In this document: positions 51,083-63,968 of the stretch, in pieces | How positions within the stretch are numbered: the stretch's first letter is position 1 | Layout of the letters: every line of letters starts with the position of its first letter | Origin: Microthyrium microscopicum | Lineage: Eukaryota | Direction of reading: 5' to 3' | NCBI GenBank assembly: GCA_010405405.1 | Contig: MU004239.1 | Location: 496,001-560,000 of the forward strand | DNA: 64,000 bases | Notes under the pieces: generated by a model | What the model was told of the DNA's origin: nothing | Databases searched by the model: none | Seen by the model: the letters and a program-made list of their open reading frames with translations, nothing else | Translations under genes and position numbers: made by a program

Positions 51083-54000
51083 ATGGACCGCCCAGCCACA
51101 TCTGGCGGCCCACCAACTCGTAGATCCCCACGCACCTCCGCTCTCTCACTATCTTCAGCCTCTTCAGTCAATTCCGGATCGCAAAATGGCAGCTCCCCCT
51201 CTCCAGCTCCGTCTAGGACGCGCCCCAAGACCTCATCCGGTGAAACGACAAGTCGTCAGGCTTCCATTGTGCCTGATCGATCATCAGCCCGTGGCAGCAA
51301 AGATAGCCTAAAAGCAAGACTCGAAAATACCTCCGCTACTCCAAGTCCATCGGGAAATGTCAAGGTAAGCCCATGGCTTTGTGTCAATGTTTTCTAGCTT
51401 ACACGTTTCTAGTTGCTTGAAACCCTTCAAGACGAATTTAAGAATATTCGAGACCTCATCACCTGTCAGATTTGTTACAGCCTTCTGTACGAGCCTTACA
51501 CCACAGCATGTGGACACACTTTTTGCTACAATTGCTTTTGCAAAACGTTCGAACCGCATAGGGAGAAGAAGTGCCCAGAATGTCGAACAGAACTACGATA
51601 TCCTCCTGCACCTGCGTTCCTCCTTCGACAAATTACCCACCAAATCGCCAAGCAACCCGACCTTCTACCCGAAGGAGAGCTGTTAGATACCCACCTAGCA
51701 CTACTCAAGGAACAAGAACAGCTTGTGAAGAAGGATAAAGAAGGTCCTCACGGTCTATTCAAGGGATTGTTTGCCGTACCCCGACTCTGTCCTTTATGCT
51801 CCTGTGAGCTAGACCATAACATGTGCCCGCAATGTGGCATCCCAGTTCCTCAGGATGCAAACCCCAACGATCCGCACATGTTTGATGATTGGTCAGAAAA
51901 CACTGCATCTGATGAGCAAGAAGATTTTGATATGACAGATCTGGACTTGGAAGGTGACTTCGGCGAGGGCGGAGAAAGTGTTTACGATGAGTGGAGTGAG
52001 CCAAGCTTCCCTTATGACGATGATGATGCTATGCCTCATATTCCATTTCACTATAGACAAGATTTCGATGAATATTTGGCGGATTCAGCCAACTACGGAG
52101 ACTTTGCTGCCATGTCTCGTGCCCCAGCATCACACAGTCTCGCTGCGAGCACCCGACGGAGATCTTATGCCGAGAGCTCCTTGTCCAGCTACGGGGATAC
52201 CGAAATGAACGCCATTGAGGAAGAAGATGACGACGAGGGCTCAGTTGCTGGTGATTCAGTATCAGGTGCACCCGATGGATATACAAGCGGGGAACAGCCT
52301 ATTGGCGCAACGTCAATTAGCAGCAGTAACTCGACCCCTCCACAACTCAGAGCCACGGCGACCTCAACAGCTGGTCGTCGTCGGCAGAGAGAGTCAAACA
52401 CTCCCACCTCTAGCATGGGTGGACCACGCCAAAGACGTAGAATTGGCAGCGTTGTCAACCTCTCGGCCGCGGCTATGGAGACAATTGAATCGCCTCATGC
52501 ATCTGAACCGGCTACCCAAGCTTCATCAGAGACTTCCAGTCAAGCAGATACTGGTTCAACGTCTTCTGGCGAGGATGATACTTCAGGACCATCAAACACT
52601 TCAGGCCAAATGAATGGATATGTTTCACTCGAAAATGGAATAGAAGATGATAGTGATGGAGCAGAAACAACTGTTGGTTGGGGAGAACCTTCCTCACAGA
52701 ATCCTAGATCCAGGACTGGGGGTTCCTTGACACCAACTCTAGATCGACCTTTTGTACAACTTCGCACGTCAAACTTCGGTGGTAGCCCACGCTTTTCCAA
52801 TCTTGCTCGTGGACTTCGACATCGATCCTCGAGCCTGTCTCAGTCAACTGCGCCACATGATGGTAATGAGGCGGATGTTTCTGATACAGAGCCTGATAAC
52901 ATTGGACATAGTAGACAGCGAGCGTTACGACAAAGACGTTCGAGAATCTTAAGGCAGCCATCTGTCAATTCCATGTACACAGACGGTCTCGACGAATCGG
53001 ATGATACTGATCCCGCGTTGGGTGATGAGAGTGCCGGCTCTCGTCAGCGATCCATTGATCCAGAAATTGCGCGACGGTTCGCACAACATGCACATGATCT
53101 GAGAAATGGCACCCAAACACCTGCGAATTTGAGTCAGATTGATCAACTCCGAGACTTGAATCGCACTCCAGGTATAAATCGGCCTAGGACTCAGAATAGA
53201 AGTCGGACTGGTACACCCTCAATGGGACAAAACTTCACGACTAGCCCTGCTCGTCTGGCACGTCAAGAAATGCTTGCTCGTCTGGCCGACCGAGACGAGC
53301 CTCAGCGTCGACAAACTGTAGCCACATCAAACCCTTCTGTTGGTCGACAGATGATCGATAACTGGGATCTTGACATGGACGTTTTGTCTGCCAACTCTAT
53401 GAGATCTCAACTTCCTCCGAATATTCCGAGTCCTTCCAGATCGCGAGTTGCAAACCCACCTCACTTTGCGATACAAACCGCCATGGATACGCATGGTGAT
53501 TCTTTAGATCGGCCAGAGAGTAGAGTTTCTCAAAGACCTCCGTCAGCCAGCAGCAGACGTAATTCGACAGCGCGTACATCATGGACACTAGGCACTCCTG
53601 CTATGTATACCCCTGGCTTGAACGCCGCAAGAACCTGGTCAAATGGCAACCCATTCATTCCACGTCAACAAGCCGCAGATCGACCATCTATTGCAACCCT
53701 CCGACCTGTTCCATCTGTTCGAGAGATTAGACGACAAAGTTCGAGAAACAACATGCCTAGTGCACCCCCATTTAGACCTCCATCTAGAACTAATTCTCGA
53801 AATCAACAACGGTCGTTAAACCATACACCATCAATGGCTCATCTTCCTCAATCCAACGCTCCATCAATATCTTATGTCGCATATGTGAATCCTCCTGCGG
53901 CTAGGAGAGTCCCGTTCCCTGCACCTACTCAACCAGACGAAGATCCACGTCTAAGAATCAGCGCGGCTATGGCACTTACGCGAGAGCAAATTGCACGACG

Positions 54001-54544
54001 ACAGGGACAAGATTCATCTGATACAACGACAGGGTCGAGTCGTCCCCCTCCAATAGCTCAACACCCGGACCTTCAGTCTCTGCGGAACGCCTCAGCTAAT
54101 CCATTCGTTCGGCAGACTCCGACTTCCAGTGCCTTCTCACCGCCCATGTCGCATAGAGATATAGCTCAGCATCCATCTCACGTAGCCAATTCTGGCAGTA
54201 TTAGCATTTCGCCACGCGTGAGCGTCCGCCGTAGTAATCAAAACCTCCGCCCACACCCGCCAGGTATACTATTCTCCACCAATGCCGGTGTTCATGTGCA
54301 AAATCAACATGCTTTATCCATTGCTTCTCAGGCTGGAACTGCTGCCAATACTGGATCACCACGTCTCGCTCGCCAACGTAGCAGAGGCACTGGTGCTCCC
54401 TCTGGCACCTTTATCCCGGCGTCATCGTCATTGCATACCAGCGTTCCACAGCCTCGCCAATGGGGTGGGGTGAGATCTCCTGCAAATGCTCTGCAGCGAT
54501 CCGAAACTCGCAACACAGCGAATACTGCTCATGCCAGATCTTAG
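51083..54544 (+). CDS. RING-finger E3 ubiquitin ligase (Psh1-like N-terminus, long disordered acidic and S/R/P-rich tail); C-terminus uncertain
   Basis: C3HC4 RING CQIC..CGHTFCYNC..CPECR and second Cys cluster CPLC..CPQC. Intron 51365-51412. The frame continues past the stop to 55264 (see findings). Confidence 0.8.
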
Positions 54545-56509
54545 GAAGATTCAGAACATGAGGAACGCTCAGCGAGTCTTGATACCACTTCATCAACGCT
54601 TTCACAACGGGAGTCCCTTAGACGATCATCAGCCCCTAGCCCTTCTTTACCCCCAGAGAACAATTCGCCTCGTTACTATGACCCGGAACCTGACCCGGAT
54701 ACTCCGCTGCATCAGCAAGTAGCGAACATATTCTCGAGGTGGGATAATCGAGTTCCAGGATATAGATTTGAAGACCCAGATCCTTATCCATCCACGACGA
54801 TTCCTCAAGACAATCTCCCAGCTACTGTCATAACATATAATGCATCACCATTCCGTGATTGGCCTCGTGACTCTCCAAGAGTTATACCGGATAGCGAATC
54901 AGGATCCGATTCTGATAAAGATGCCATAGTTGAACCAGCATCTTCTGAGCCACTAGTGTTGTCTATAACAACACCTCGTAGGCGACAAGCAATCTCGCAA
55001 GACACCGAATCAGGTCTCCAAGGCAGTCCAACCTCACGGCATGCTTCTCGCATTCTCCTTCGTCGGTCGCGCACTTCTGGTTCTTCGGATGTAGCTCATC
55101 ATAGGTCCTAGTCAGACCTAGAAGAAGAGCACAATGGATCGTCAAGTTCTCAGTCCTTCGCAGACTCCCACTCAGATTTCATTACGTTCATGGGAACTCT
55201 CCAGGGCACCATGATGCTTGAAGACGATCCAATCGCCACATCTGACATTGAAATGTCGACATGAGTTCACTCCAAAAAGACACAAGCACGAGGACATTGT
55301 CATCACTCTATTTTATTTGTCATTGCCTTTTCACATTACAAGGACAGTATTCTCGACGAATCAGCATGTTGGGCGTTTTATGTTCAGATCAACTATTGTT
55401 TTCTAATTGCTCGATCATGTTCTGTTTTGTTGTTGTTGTTCAAAAAAGCCTATGGCTACGAGTATACATTGTCATTGCCATGTTTATGCCCCCGTCCTTT
55501 CCACCTTACGATGCTGCCAGATGGCTCATGGGATTAGCGTTCATAGCGAGGAGTTTTTGTAATGGATATCGGGTTCTAGGGTGATACTGGGACGGATTTA
55601 GTGTTCTATGCGCGCGGTCAACGTATGCGCTTGTATGAAATGAGAATGGAATTTGAGCTTTAATTTATCGTTTGACTCGTGAGGATCATGTGTTGAGGTT
55701 ATGAGTTTGTCTCGGGCATACCTACTCGTGCTTTGGGTGGATTGCGTGTGGCTACCAACCTCCCATGTACTCATGCTATTATACAAGTAATACTTAATCA
55801 ATGGCTGTAATGAGATAAAGAGCAGTGATCTGGCTCGTTTTGCTCTTAAGTTATGTTTCTCAGCACTAATATAAGCTCGACGATGAAGTCTAAAGACAGG
55901 TGTCGATATCTTCGCTTAGCTGCTATTCTAGACAATGATAAATTTATGTAGAAAGCAGCAGAATCAGAAATAGTAATTTGAGTATTTCATAACTCATTAG
56001 CATGACTTTGATACTTTGATAACTATACTATATTACAATCCGAGTTGTTCTAGAAAACTGAACTCTAATATAGTAAGTACCATTAAAATGCTCAGGACAG
56101 TACATTCACTATATACACGCAAAACCGCAAATTATTCCCCAAGACGCAAACAGGCGTGCGAGTGAGGCTCTCGTTTGGATCAAATTTGTGTGCTTGTTGG
56201 AATACGGCGCTAGCCCAAACGGGCATGTACGATACATGATTCCGTCGCCCTCTCACAGGGCGACGGTTCAATTCTGGGGAGGGTTATAAGGGACTAAAGT
56301 CCCCCGACCCATCAATTCCCCAATCCTCCGGACGAGATAAAAGCCACCGGGCTTTTTCCTCATGATACACCTCTTACCCCATCGGGGGGTAGGGGCTGTA
56401 TCATGAGTTTTTGCTTCTTTGGATGCTGGAGTTGGAGTGTCTTTTTTTTTGCTCTTTAGTTTTGTTGGGCTGGATGGGCAGAAATGTGAATATGATTGTT
56501 TTGTGTTGC

Positions 56510-56719
56510 TTAACATGAGATTCCGCCGCTGCCTCCGTCTCCTCCTCCTCCTCCTCCGTGGTGTGAAAAGCCTCCTGCTCCGTGATGGGAATGGTGGGCG
56601 TGGCCAGCAGAGCTAACGTTGCTAGCGTAGACACCATGGTGGTGCCTGTGTTGATTTTTGTGTTTTCGAAAGCAAAGTCCTAAAGTTAAGCAGCATAGAG
56701 TGAACCGAACGAGGCCCAT
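56510..56719 (-). CDS. Putative 69-aa His/Gly-rich microprotein
   Basis: ATG in ATCATGG context, hydrophobic Cys-containing N-terminus, His-rich middle and Gly-rich end. TATA-like ATATATAAG near 56947 and a possible 5'UTR intron 56819-56751. Confidence 0.45.
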   Translation of the reverse strand: MGLVRFTLCCLTLGLCFRKHKNQHRHHHGVYASNVSSAGHAHHSHHGAGGFSHHGGGGGGDGGSGGISC

Positions 56720-57465
56720 GATAAAAAGAAGAGTGGTAAAGTAAAATAGACTGGATTGCAGAACGATTAAGTTGGCAGAAAATATGATTGTACTGCCTTG
56801 ACTCGATGTTGCCGGTTACTTGTGTAAATGCTGGATGTAGATTTGATTATTGTGCTGAGATATGTAAGCGCCGTGATCACTATTGACAAGATGAGAAGAT
56901 AGGACAATCAAGTTGTTTGTTGGAAAACGATTGCATGTCTTATATATGCCTCCCACTATAGATTTGTCGAGGTTGATTTTACTATATAACTGTACTTGGA
57001 GACACGATAACTAAGCACTACGGCCAAGAGTGAGAAAATTTGGGGCGTTCTTGCGCGTCCCAGGCTTAGAAGAGGAGCCAAGCTTTTGGACCTGCTGTAT
57101 AACACCTCATACGTGTGGCTGAATGATAAATATTCCGAGATGTGCATGTTGAAAGTCGCAGCCTTGGGCATAGCCTCATAGCCTCGTAACTGACCTTATG
57201 AGCTTTGCAATTGGCCAGTGTGGACAAGCTAGTAAAACACAAGGGGATTATTGCTTCTAGCCTGATTGATGTTAGCGCCTTGCTCGGTCGGCTTCTTCAG
57301 GTTTGCTTTGGAATTTCTCTGATTGGCCACGAGAATATTAGAGCCAAGTCCGAGGTAAATGCGGCAACAGCCGAATAACGACACCTCATGATTCATCGTT
57401 GCCATCAATCTGCTGTACAAAACTGTTGTGCCTTGCCACTGTCCCTCTCCACTCCACCAACCACC

Positions 57466-58439
57466 ATGGCTACTTTACGATCAACTCAAAGGCTGGCTCA
57501 TGGCCTTCGTGGTAAGTCAATTGCCCGCTCAAGCTGCGATTTGCAGTCTTCGTCCGCCTAATTGAGCACTGACAAAATGAATAGCCACAGTATCAGTGCC
57601 TTCAATGGCCACGCGATCCATGGCATCTGTCCAAACAGCCAGTCAGTCGAAGACGGAAGCACCACCAGAGAAAGCTCCCAAAATGAAGACCTTCCAGATC
57701 TACCGCTGGAACCCAGACACACCTGCCGAAAAGCCTCGGATGCAGAACTACACTCTCGACCTCAATAAGACTGGACCCATGATGTTGGATGCGTTGATTC
57801 GGATCAAGAACGAGCTCGACCCAACTCTTACCTTTCGAAGAAGTTGTCGTGAAGGTATCTGTGGAAGCTGCGCCATGAACATCGACGGTGTCAACACTCT
57901 GGCATGCCTGTGCCGAATCCCCACTGAGTCGGCGAAAGAAAGCAGAATTTACCCACTACCGCACACCTACGTAGTCAAGGATCTCGTGCCAGATATGACA
58001 CATTTTTACAAGCAATACCGAAGCATAAAGCCATACCTACAGCGAGACACACCCGCTCCTGATGTACGCCCCCATTGCCACTATTGAAACGTGAGCACAA
58101 CTAACCGATGAACAGGGACGAGAATATCGCCAATCAAAAGCCGAACGGGCCAAGATCGACGGTCTCTACGAATGCATTCTCTGCGCCTGCTGCAGTACTT
58201 CCTGCCCATCATACTGGTGGAACTCTGAAGAATATCTCGGCCCCGCCGTCCTCCTACAGTCATACCGCTGGCTAGCCGACTCGCGTGACGAGAAAAAGCA
58301 TGAGCGTCTTGATGCGCTGAACAACAGCATGAGCGTATATCGTTGCCACACGATTCTCAACTGCTCCAAGACATGCCCCAAGGGATTGAACCCAGCGTTG
58401 GCAATCGCAAACATTAAGCAGGAATTGGCATTCGCATGA
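57466..58439 (+). CDS. SDH2: Succinate dehydrogenase iron-sulfur subunit, 3 exons
   Basis: [57 protein letters not shown]. Introns 57512-57584 and 58064-58115. Confidence 0.97.
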
Positions 58440-60770
58440 GCTGTACAAGAGCAAGAGCGCTAGCGGATGTCGTCTTTGAGGACAAAGTCATTGGCGGTGG
58501 TGTTTGTACATGTGGCAAGCGGCAACGAATGGGATGTAAATGCATTATTTCATAGAGAGGTTTTGGTTCAGTTGCATATGTACTCGTAGGTTCTGGTATC
58601 GTTGAGAATATACTCATCAATTCTGAACACTTCATTCAAGGTGAAGTAGATAGTGATCTAGTCGGTGAGCATAATGACGCCATTGCCTTGGAAATGAGAG
58701 GCTGCCTAACCGCACCCCTTTCAAGCTGCTTATCTGTTGAATAGATGTATGTCTCTCGCTTTTCAACACCATCAGGAGGCTGCTAGGAAATCCCTAGGTT
58801 TTATATCAAGTTTGCTGTCTTCTTTTGCAAACTTGAAGCAGGTCAGCTGTTTGAGTAAGTCTTTTCGACTACCTAGTGGGTCTGATAGTGGCGACAACAT
58901 TGTTCATGACCGTAGAACCGACGTGCTAGAATAGCTGACCTTGTCAAAGATGGCGAGATTCGAGCATCTTGCAGTGTTATTGTGTAGGTCTGGCGATTGC
59001 ATATTTGGGTTTCATTGTATTGCAATATCAACTTGGTTTGGGCCTACCTTTGTAGCATTCGTGTCTTGAGAAGAAATCGATGATCGAGGGCTGTGGCTCT
59101 TTTATCAATTGATCAAAACGTCATGGAGATTGGTGGTTGTACACGGTTCTCGACGAAAGCATTCTGAACACAAGATAGGCTGGAGATATATAGAGTAGTT
59201 GATACATCTCAGGCTTGTGGTTGCTTGGCCATTTTATCATGGTAGACTTAGGACTAGAGAGTCTAGTCGGCATTGGCATTTGCGTTGGATTAGACATCCA
59301 GTCAAAATAGCAGTTTCCTTAGCAATCGAAGCGTAAGGAGGCGCTGCACCACAAAATGGAAAGAAAAGACGAGACCGTCCAGCTGGAAGGTATATATTGG
59401 TGTTTTATAGCAGTTGGGCCACAAGGAAGATGCAAAAGCACCAATGCCACGCGAAACGGAAAGCGTGGGTTTTTGGTCTGTGCAGAAAGCTTAATTTGAG
59501 CTTATCAAAGCTCCACCAAATGTCAAAAAGAAAAGAAAAGATGATGGGCGTAAAACGTCATAGAATCAAGCATTCTTGGCGATTGACTGGATCTGATATT
59601 GAGTTCTGAGTGTTCAATGAACGCTAACTAGTCGCAAATGCCAGAGAAAATCGGTGAAAAAGACGCGTGAAAACTGAATAGACTATAGCCGATATTAGAG
59701 GAAATATAGCAAAGACGCGCCAACTTGGACTGTGCGGAAGCTAAACATCGCGACATCCGATGAAGGATAACCGATGCTTTGAGCGACAAAGAAACTGTAC
59801 AGAGCCGCGGTCGATCACGGCCTTTGGTTATAGGCATGATGGCCTTGTCGGACTTGCCTGCTTGTCAAATGCGTACTCAGTCAGTATTTTCAACTTCCTT
59901 GGCGACATGGATAGCTCGCAGATACCATGGACAACGGTAGCTAGCTCCAGGCACATCCAACACCTGCGACGAGCGGGAAGAAGGCAATGAAAGATTCGCA
60001 AGACAGGGATTTTGTCAGAATCATGTAAACTCGTAACTCTAGCCTAGAATTGGGAGGTGGACAAAGATTAGGAAGAAACTGGTAATCGGCATCTCAAATC
60101 TCAAAGCACGGTAGACCCCGCCAGTCTACAAGTAACTTGATCTAGCAGCCAATAGCAGAGCCGCGTCGAGTCAGCTTTTTGCGTGCAAGTCCTTGTCTCC
60201 TTCATCTGCAGCGATTCTGCACCTTCTTTGCTCTCTGCTGCTCTCCACCATCCTCTCTGTGCCTCCCAACCTCCCCGACTTCCGACAACAAACACCGCTG
60301 CAATCTCTGTCTTGGCTACCTCAATTGCTCTCCATATCCATTCTCAGTCCTCTGGAAGGTCTCGATAAATTGCTTTGTAAGTTCCTCTACTCCCCTACCC
60401 GTCATTGTCGGTCCATTGAGTTGGTATCCGCTCGGAAGTTTGCGCGAAGCTACAAAATCCCGCAACTTGAGCCGAATCATCCGACTGCCATATTTCCTCA
60501 AAAGCACGCCTATTTCTGTGCAACAACCTCAATTCCACTCAGCCAACCGTTCCGATTTCTACTGTTGCACAATACATCATCGCGGGAATCTCTTACTAAC
60601 GCGTCATTCGCCCAGACAATCTCCAACAACCATCCCAACAACTTCTCAAGTAGCCTTAATCTCCACTCCCAAAGGTCAGTCAAACACGGCAATTCCAACA
60701 CAATCTTCTACATCTAAAACCTTCCGCCTTCATTGTTGGCATCCAAAGCTAACAACCACAAAGCTCTACA

Positions 60771-60947
60771 ATGGCCGCCATCGATCTATCGTCTCGTGCC
60801 GTTCACGAACTCGTCAAACGCAAGAACTGGGCCGCCCGTGAGCCCGGTGTCATTCTCGTGTTCGCAATCGTCGCTGCCGTGGTCATTCTACTCCTTGGAC
60901 TCTTCATTCAAAGAAAGTTGGCTGCTCGTCGGGCCGCCAAGGCGTAA
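60771..60947 (+). CDS. 58-aa single-TM microprotein (NWAAREPG motif), below the ORF-track cutoff
   Basis: MAAIDLSSRAVHELVKRKNWAAREPGVILVFAIVAAVVILLLGLFIQRKLAARRAAKA*. ACAATGG start context, C-ending codon bias, 5'UTR intron 60377-60615 (GTAAGT..CTAAC..CAG). Confidence 0.8.
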   Translation: MAAIDLSSRAVHELVKRKNWAAREPGVILVFAIVAAVVILLLGLFIQRKLAARRAAKA

Positions 60948-62058
60948 GGTGTTCAAGTAGGAGCCGCAAAGAGAGGGGAGACAAAAGGAAGATGGAACGG
61001 ATGCTCGGTTACTACACTAATACGAGGCGGGATACTGTGAAGACGGACATGTGTGATGGCGGCAATGTGTAATGTACCGGACCGTACGTGACTGGGCGGT
61101 CTAATGTTCGTTGTGGGAATGCTGGGCTTGGGAGCCGTCAACAACAATTCCTTTTCTAGTATCAATATACTGCAAATATAACTGTTTATCGTTCTATGGA
61201 TTTGTCTTTGTTCAATTGGCCAAACTATATGGCAAGACGCAGCAAGGCTCTTTGCTAGCAAAAATGGGAAGCTGCACCCATTTACTATTGAGTAAGAAAA
61301 GCAGAAGATATCGTATCATTATGTGAAGTCGGACAACAATCCTTGGCTATAACAAGCGTGGATTTCTTAAGTTTTTTCGGATACATTCTTTTATACCTTG
61401 ATAGAGTATGCAGAGAAGTTCGGCTTGTCAGGCCATATGAATATCATTAATAGAACGAATTGTTCTCGCGAGTCCTCGATACATCACTATTAGCTGCACC
61501 CTAGTAGTATGCAAGACGGGAACCGACACACCGCCCCTCCCACTGCCCCAAGTATTCAAATTTATACATTAGTTGCTAGTCGCGAGCTTGATAATCTGCA
61601 TTACCGTTGATTCTTGGAATGTCGATTTATGTTTAGAGAATCTTTATCATTTGACGTTAAGAACGCGTGTTAGCAGAGAGAGCATATGATTATCTTTAGA
61701 GTAAGGGGCAACCACCACCAACGACCAGCAGAACTCAGAAGGAGCATCCAACACCTCACTCGACAATTGAAGCAAGAGCAATCTGGAATAATGGCAGACG
61801 CTCTTGCCTGCGCTTGACTAGTACATTGAATCGTTACTGCCCCTCTTCAGCAACGTGCCTTCCACGATAATCGATGCCTCCAAGGCATCCCTCTGCCAAC
61901 ACTCTGACCTCAAAACATTGTTGCCAACTTCCGCACCTTCAAAATTTCTTGCCACATCTGGACAGTCACACAACTCGAGTCTGCGCTCTGAAGCTCACTC
62001 CACTACAATTCTGGTAGCTTTGCAGTCAATTGCTCGATAATATATCGCGCGCGCCGTC

Positions 62059-63968
62059 ATGGTACAGGCCAAGGTACGCGGCCAAAAACGGCCTTTTGTT
62101 GCCACTAGCGACACAGACAGTATTGGCACCGACTTTACTGCTACCACTTACTACTCTACAAAAGAATATCAGGTCGATCAAATTCTCGCAGAGAAGACAC
62201 TCGATAATGGGAAGCAACAGTACTTGATTCAATGGGATGGCTACGATCTTACTCGTGCAACATGGGAGCCAAGCGAAGGCATTCCAACTGCTTCCAAGTT
62301 TGCCTGGTCCCGTCGTAAAAAAGACATACGGAACAATCTCAAAGATCCCTTCAATGTTCAGAAATGGGAGCAGGAAAATGAGGAAGCTGCCATCACCAAA
62401 ATGAAACGCCGCCTAAAGAAGAGGAAATCCAGAAATCTCCCACTGCATTCAGAGTTGGCAAAAGTCAGAGAGCACCTCGCGAACGATGAGCTTAAGCTGT
62501 ATCTGCATCCCAAAGAAATCGAAGAATGGCTTAAAACGCTCCCAGGACAGAATGACCCCGCCGAAGATAGTGATACGAGCGATGATATTCCACTTGCCCA
62601 GCGAAAACGAGGTATAGCTCATGTTATCAAAAAGTCAAAGAATATAGACGAATCCTCGCCTCAAAATATTCGCCTGTCTGTCGGTTCGGCGCATCATGCA
62701 GAAGCCCAACCTTTGTTTGTGGACAATGTTTCATCCGACGACGAAACTCCTCTAGCGCAACGAAGGTTAAGACATTCCACAACCTCGCTAGCTGTCATTA
62801 ATACACGAAGGTCGTCCTTACCCGTCACTTCTCTGGCGCCTAAACCAGGCGGCGAAAAACCAACTGTCAAGAGATCTAGCACTATGGCAGGGCTGCCTTC
62901 GACTACAGCTCTGAAAGCCGCTTCGACTGTTGCCTCTGCAAGCCGGATTGAAACTATCAAATCCATCAAGTCTAGCGATAGCAACAAGAAGGTCACGGCG
63001 CGCAAGTCGAGGCCCATCAAAGCCTCAGTGTTCTTGAAGCCGGAGCGCAAGAAGAGGGCCCCGGCGACTACACCTAGCATTCATGCCTTTAAAACCTTGA
63101 GCCATGAAAACAACATGAGAAAAAAACAGAAACTCCGGGCCGAAGAAGCTCCTCCGGCCCATATGTTGACTTTCTTCGAGCCTGCCACGAACGAAATCAT
63201 ACAGCATGCCCAAGCTCCTCCCCTTATAATTCCCCCGACCGGCTCTTTACAACCGGTTGGCTCAACTATCAACTCTCCACCAACTGACCCGCTCTCCTCG
63301 AAAGTTATTTCTCCGATATCTCGACAATTGGCATCGACGCAATTGTCACCCGTGATCAAGCCCTCAACTCTACCGACATCTCCTGAGCAGCATCGTCAAC
63401 CTCCTGGCTTTATCCCGCTTGCATGCCCATATGTCGCAGACAAGGAGCCTTGCACTAGAGGTTCAGGATGCTTTTTCCGTCATAACCGCGCCGAAACCAA
63501 CAAAGTTGCCTCTAGAGTTCTCTTTTATCAAGCAGAAGCAGAAAGCCAGAAACGAGGAACGTTCGAATTCAAATTTGGGTTCTTCAAAGCAACCAAGATA
63601 TGTTCTTTTTGGTTGAAACACGGGTACGCATACGACTTTCGATGTGCAATCATTTCCCTAGTTAATACTAATCATAATGATTCTAGTTCCTGCAAAAACT
63701 CAGATGAAGTCTGCTGGTATGCTCATTGGAAGCCCGAGACAACGGTCAACACAGAACTCGCAAAAAACCCTTTGGCTTGCCCTTACTTCAGATCTAGTGG
63801 AGGCTGCAGAAAGCCAGAATGGCAGTGTGAGTATAAACACACACTAGAAGGGCCAGCAGCGCCGTTCGTAGGCAACCAGATGCAGCGTGCGTCGACTTGT
63901 TGGTTCTGGTGGCACCATCCGAAAGGCTGCAATAAAGGCGACAAGTGTACTTTTGCTCATGCAGATCA
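62059..63968 (+). CDS. Chromodomain plus multiple CCCH zinc-finger protein (continues beyond the window)
   Basis: Chromodomain EYQVDQILAEK..QYLIQWDGYDLTRATWEP and four CCCH fingers. Intron 63624-63686. Next donor GTAAGT at 63969. Confidence 0.85.

Noticed and set aside
56281..56400. RNase MRP RNA, suggested by AAAGTCCCC (56296) and GGGGCT (56392)
   Set aside because: The spacing of about 100 nt is too short, no GARAR loop or CR-IV-like motif is visible, and both motifs sit in local hairpins.
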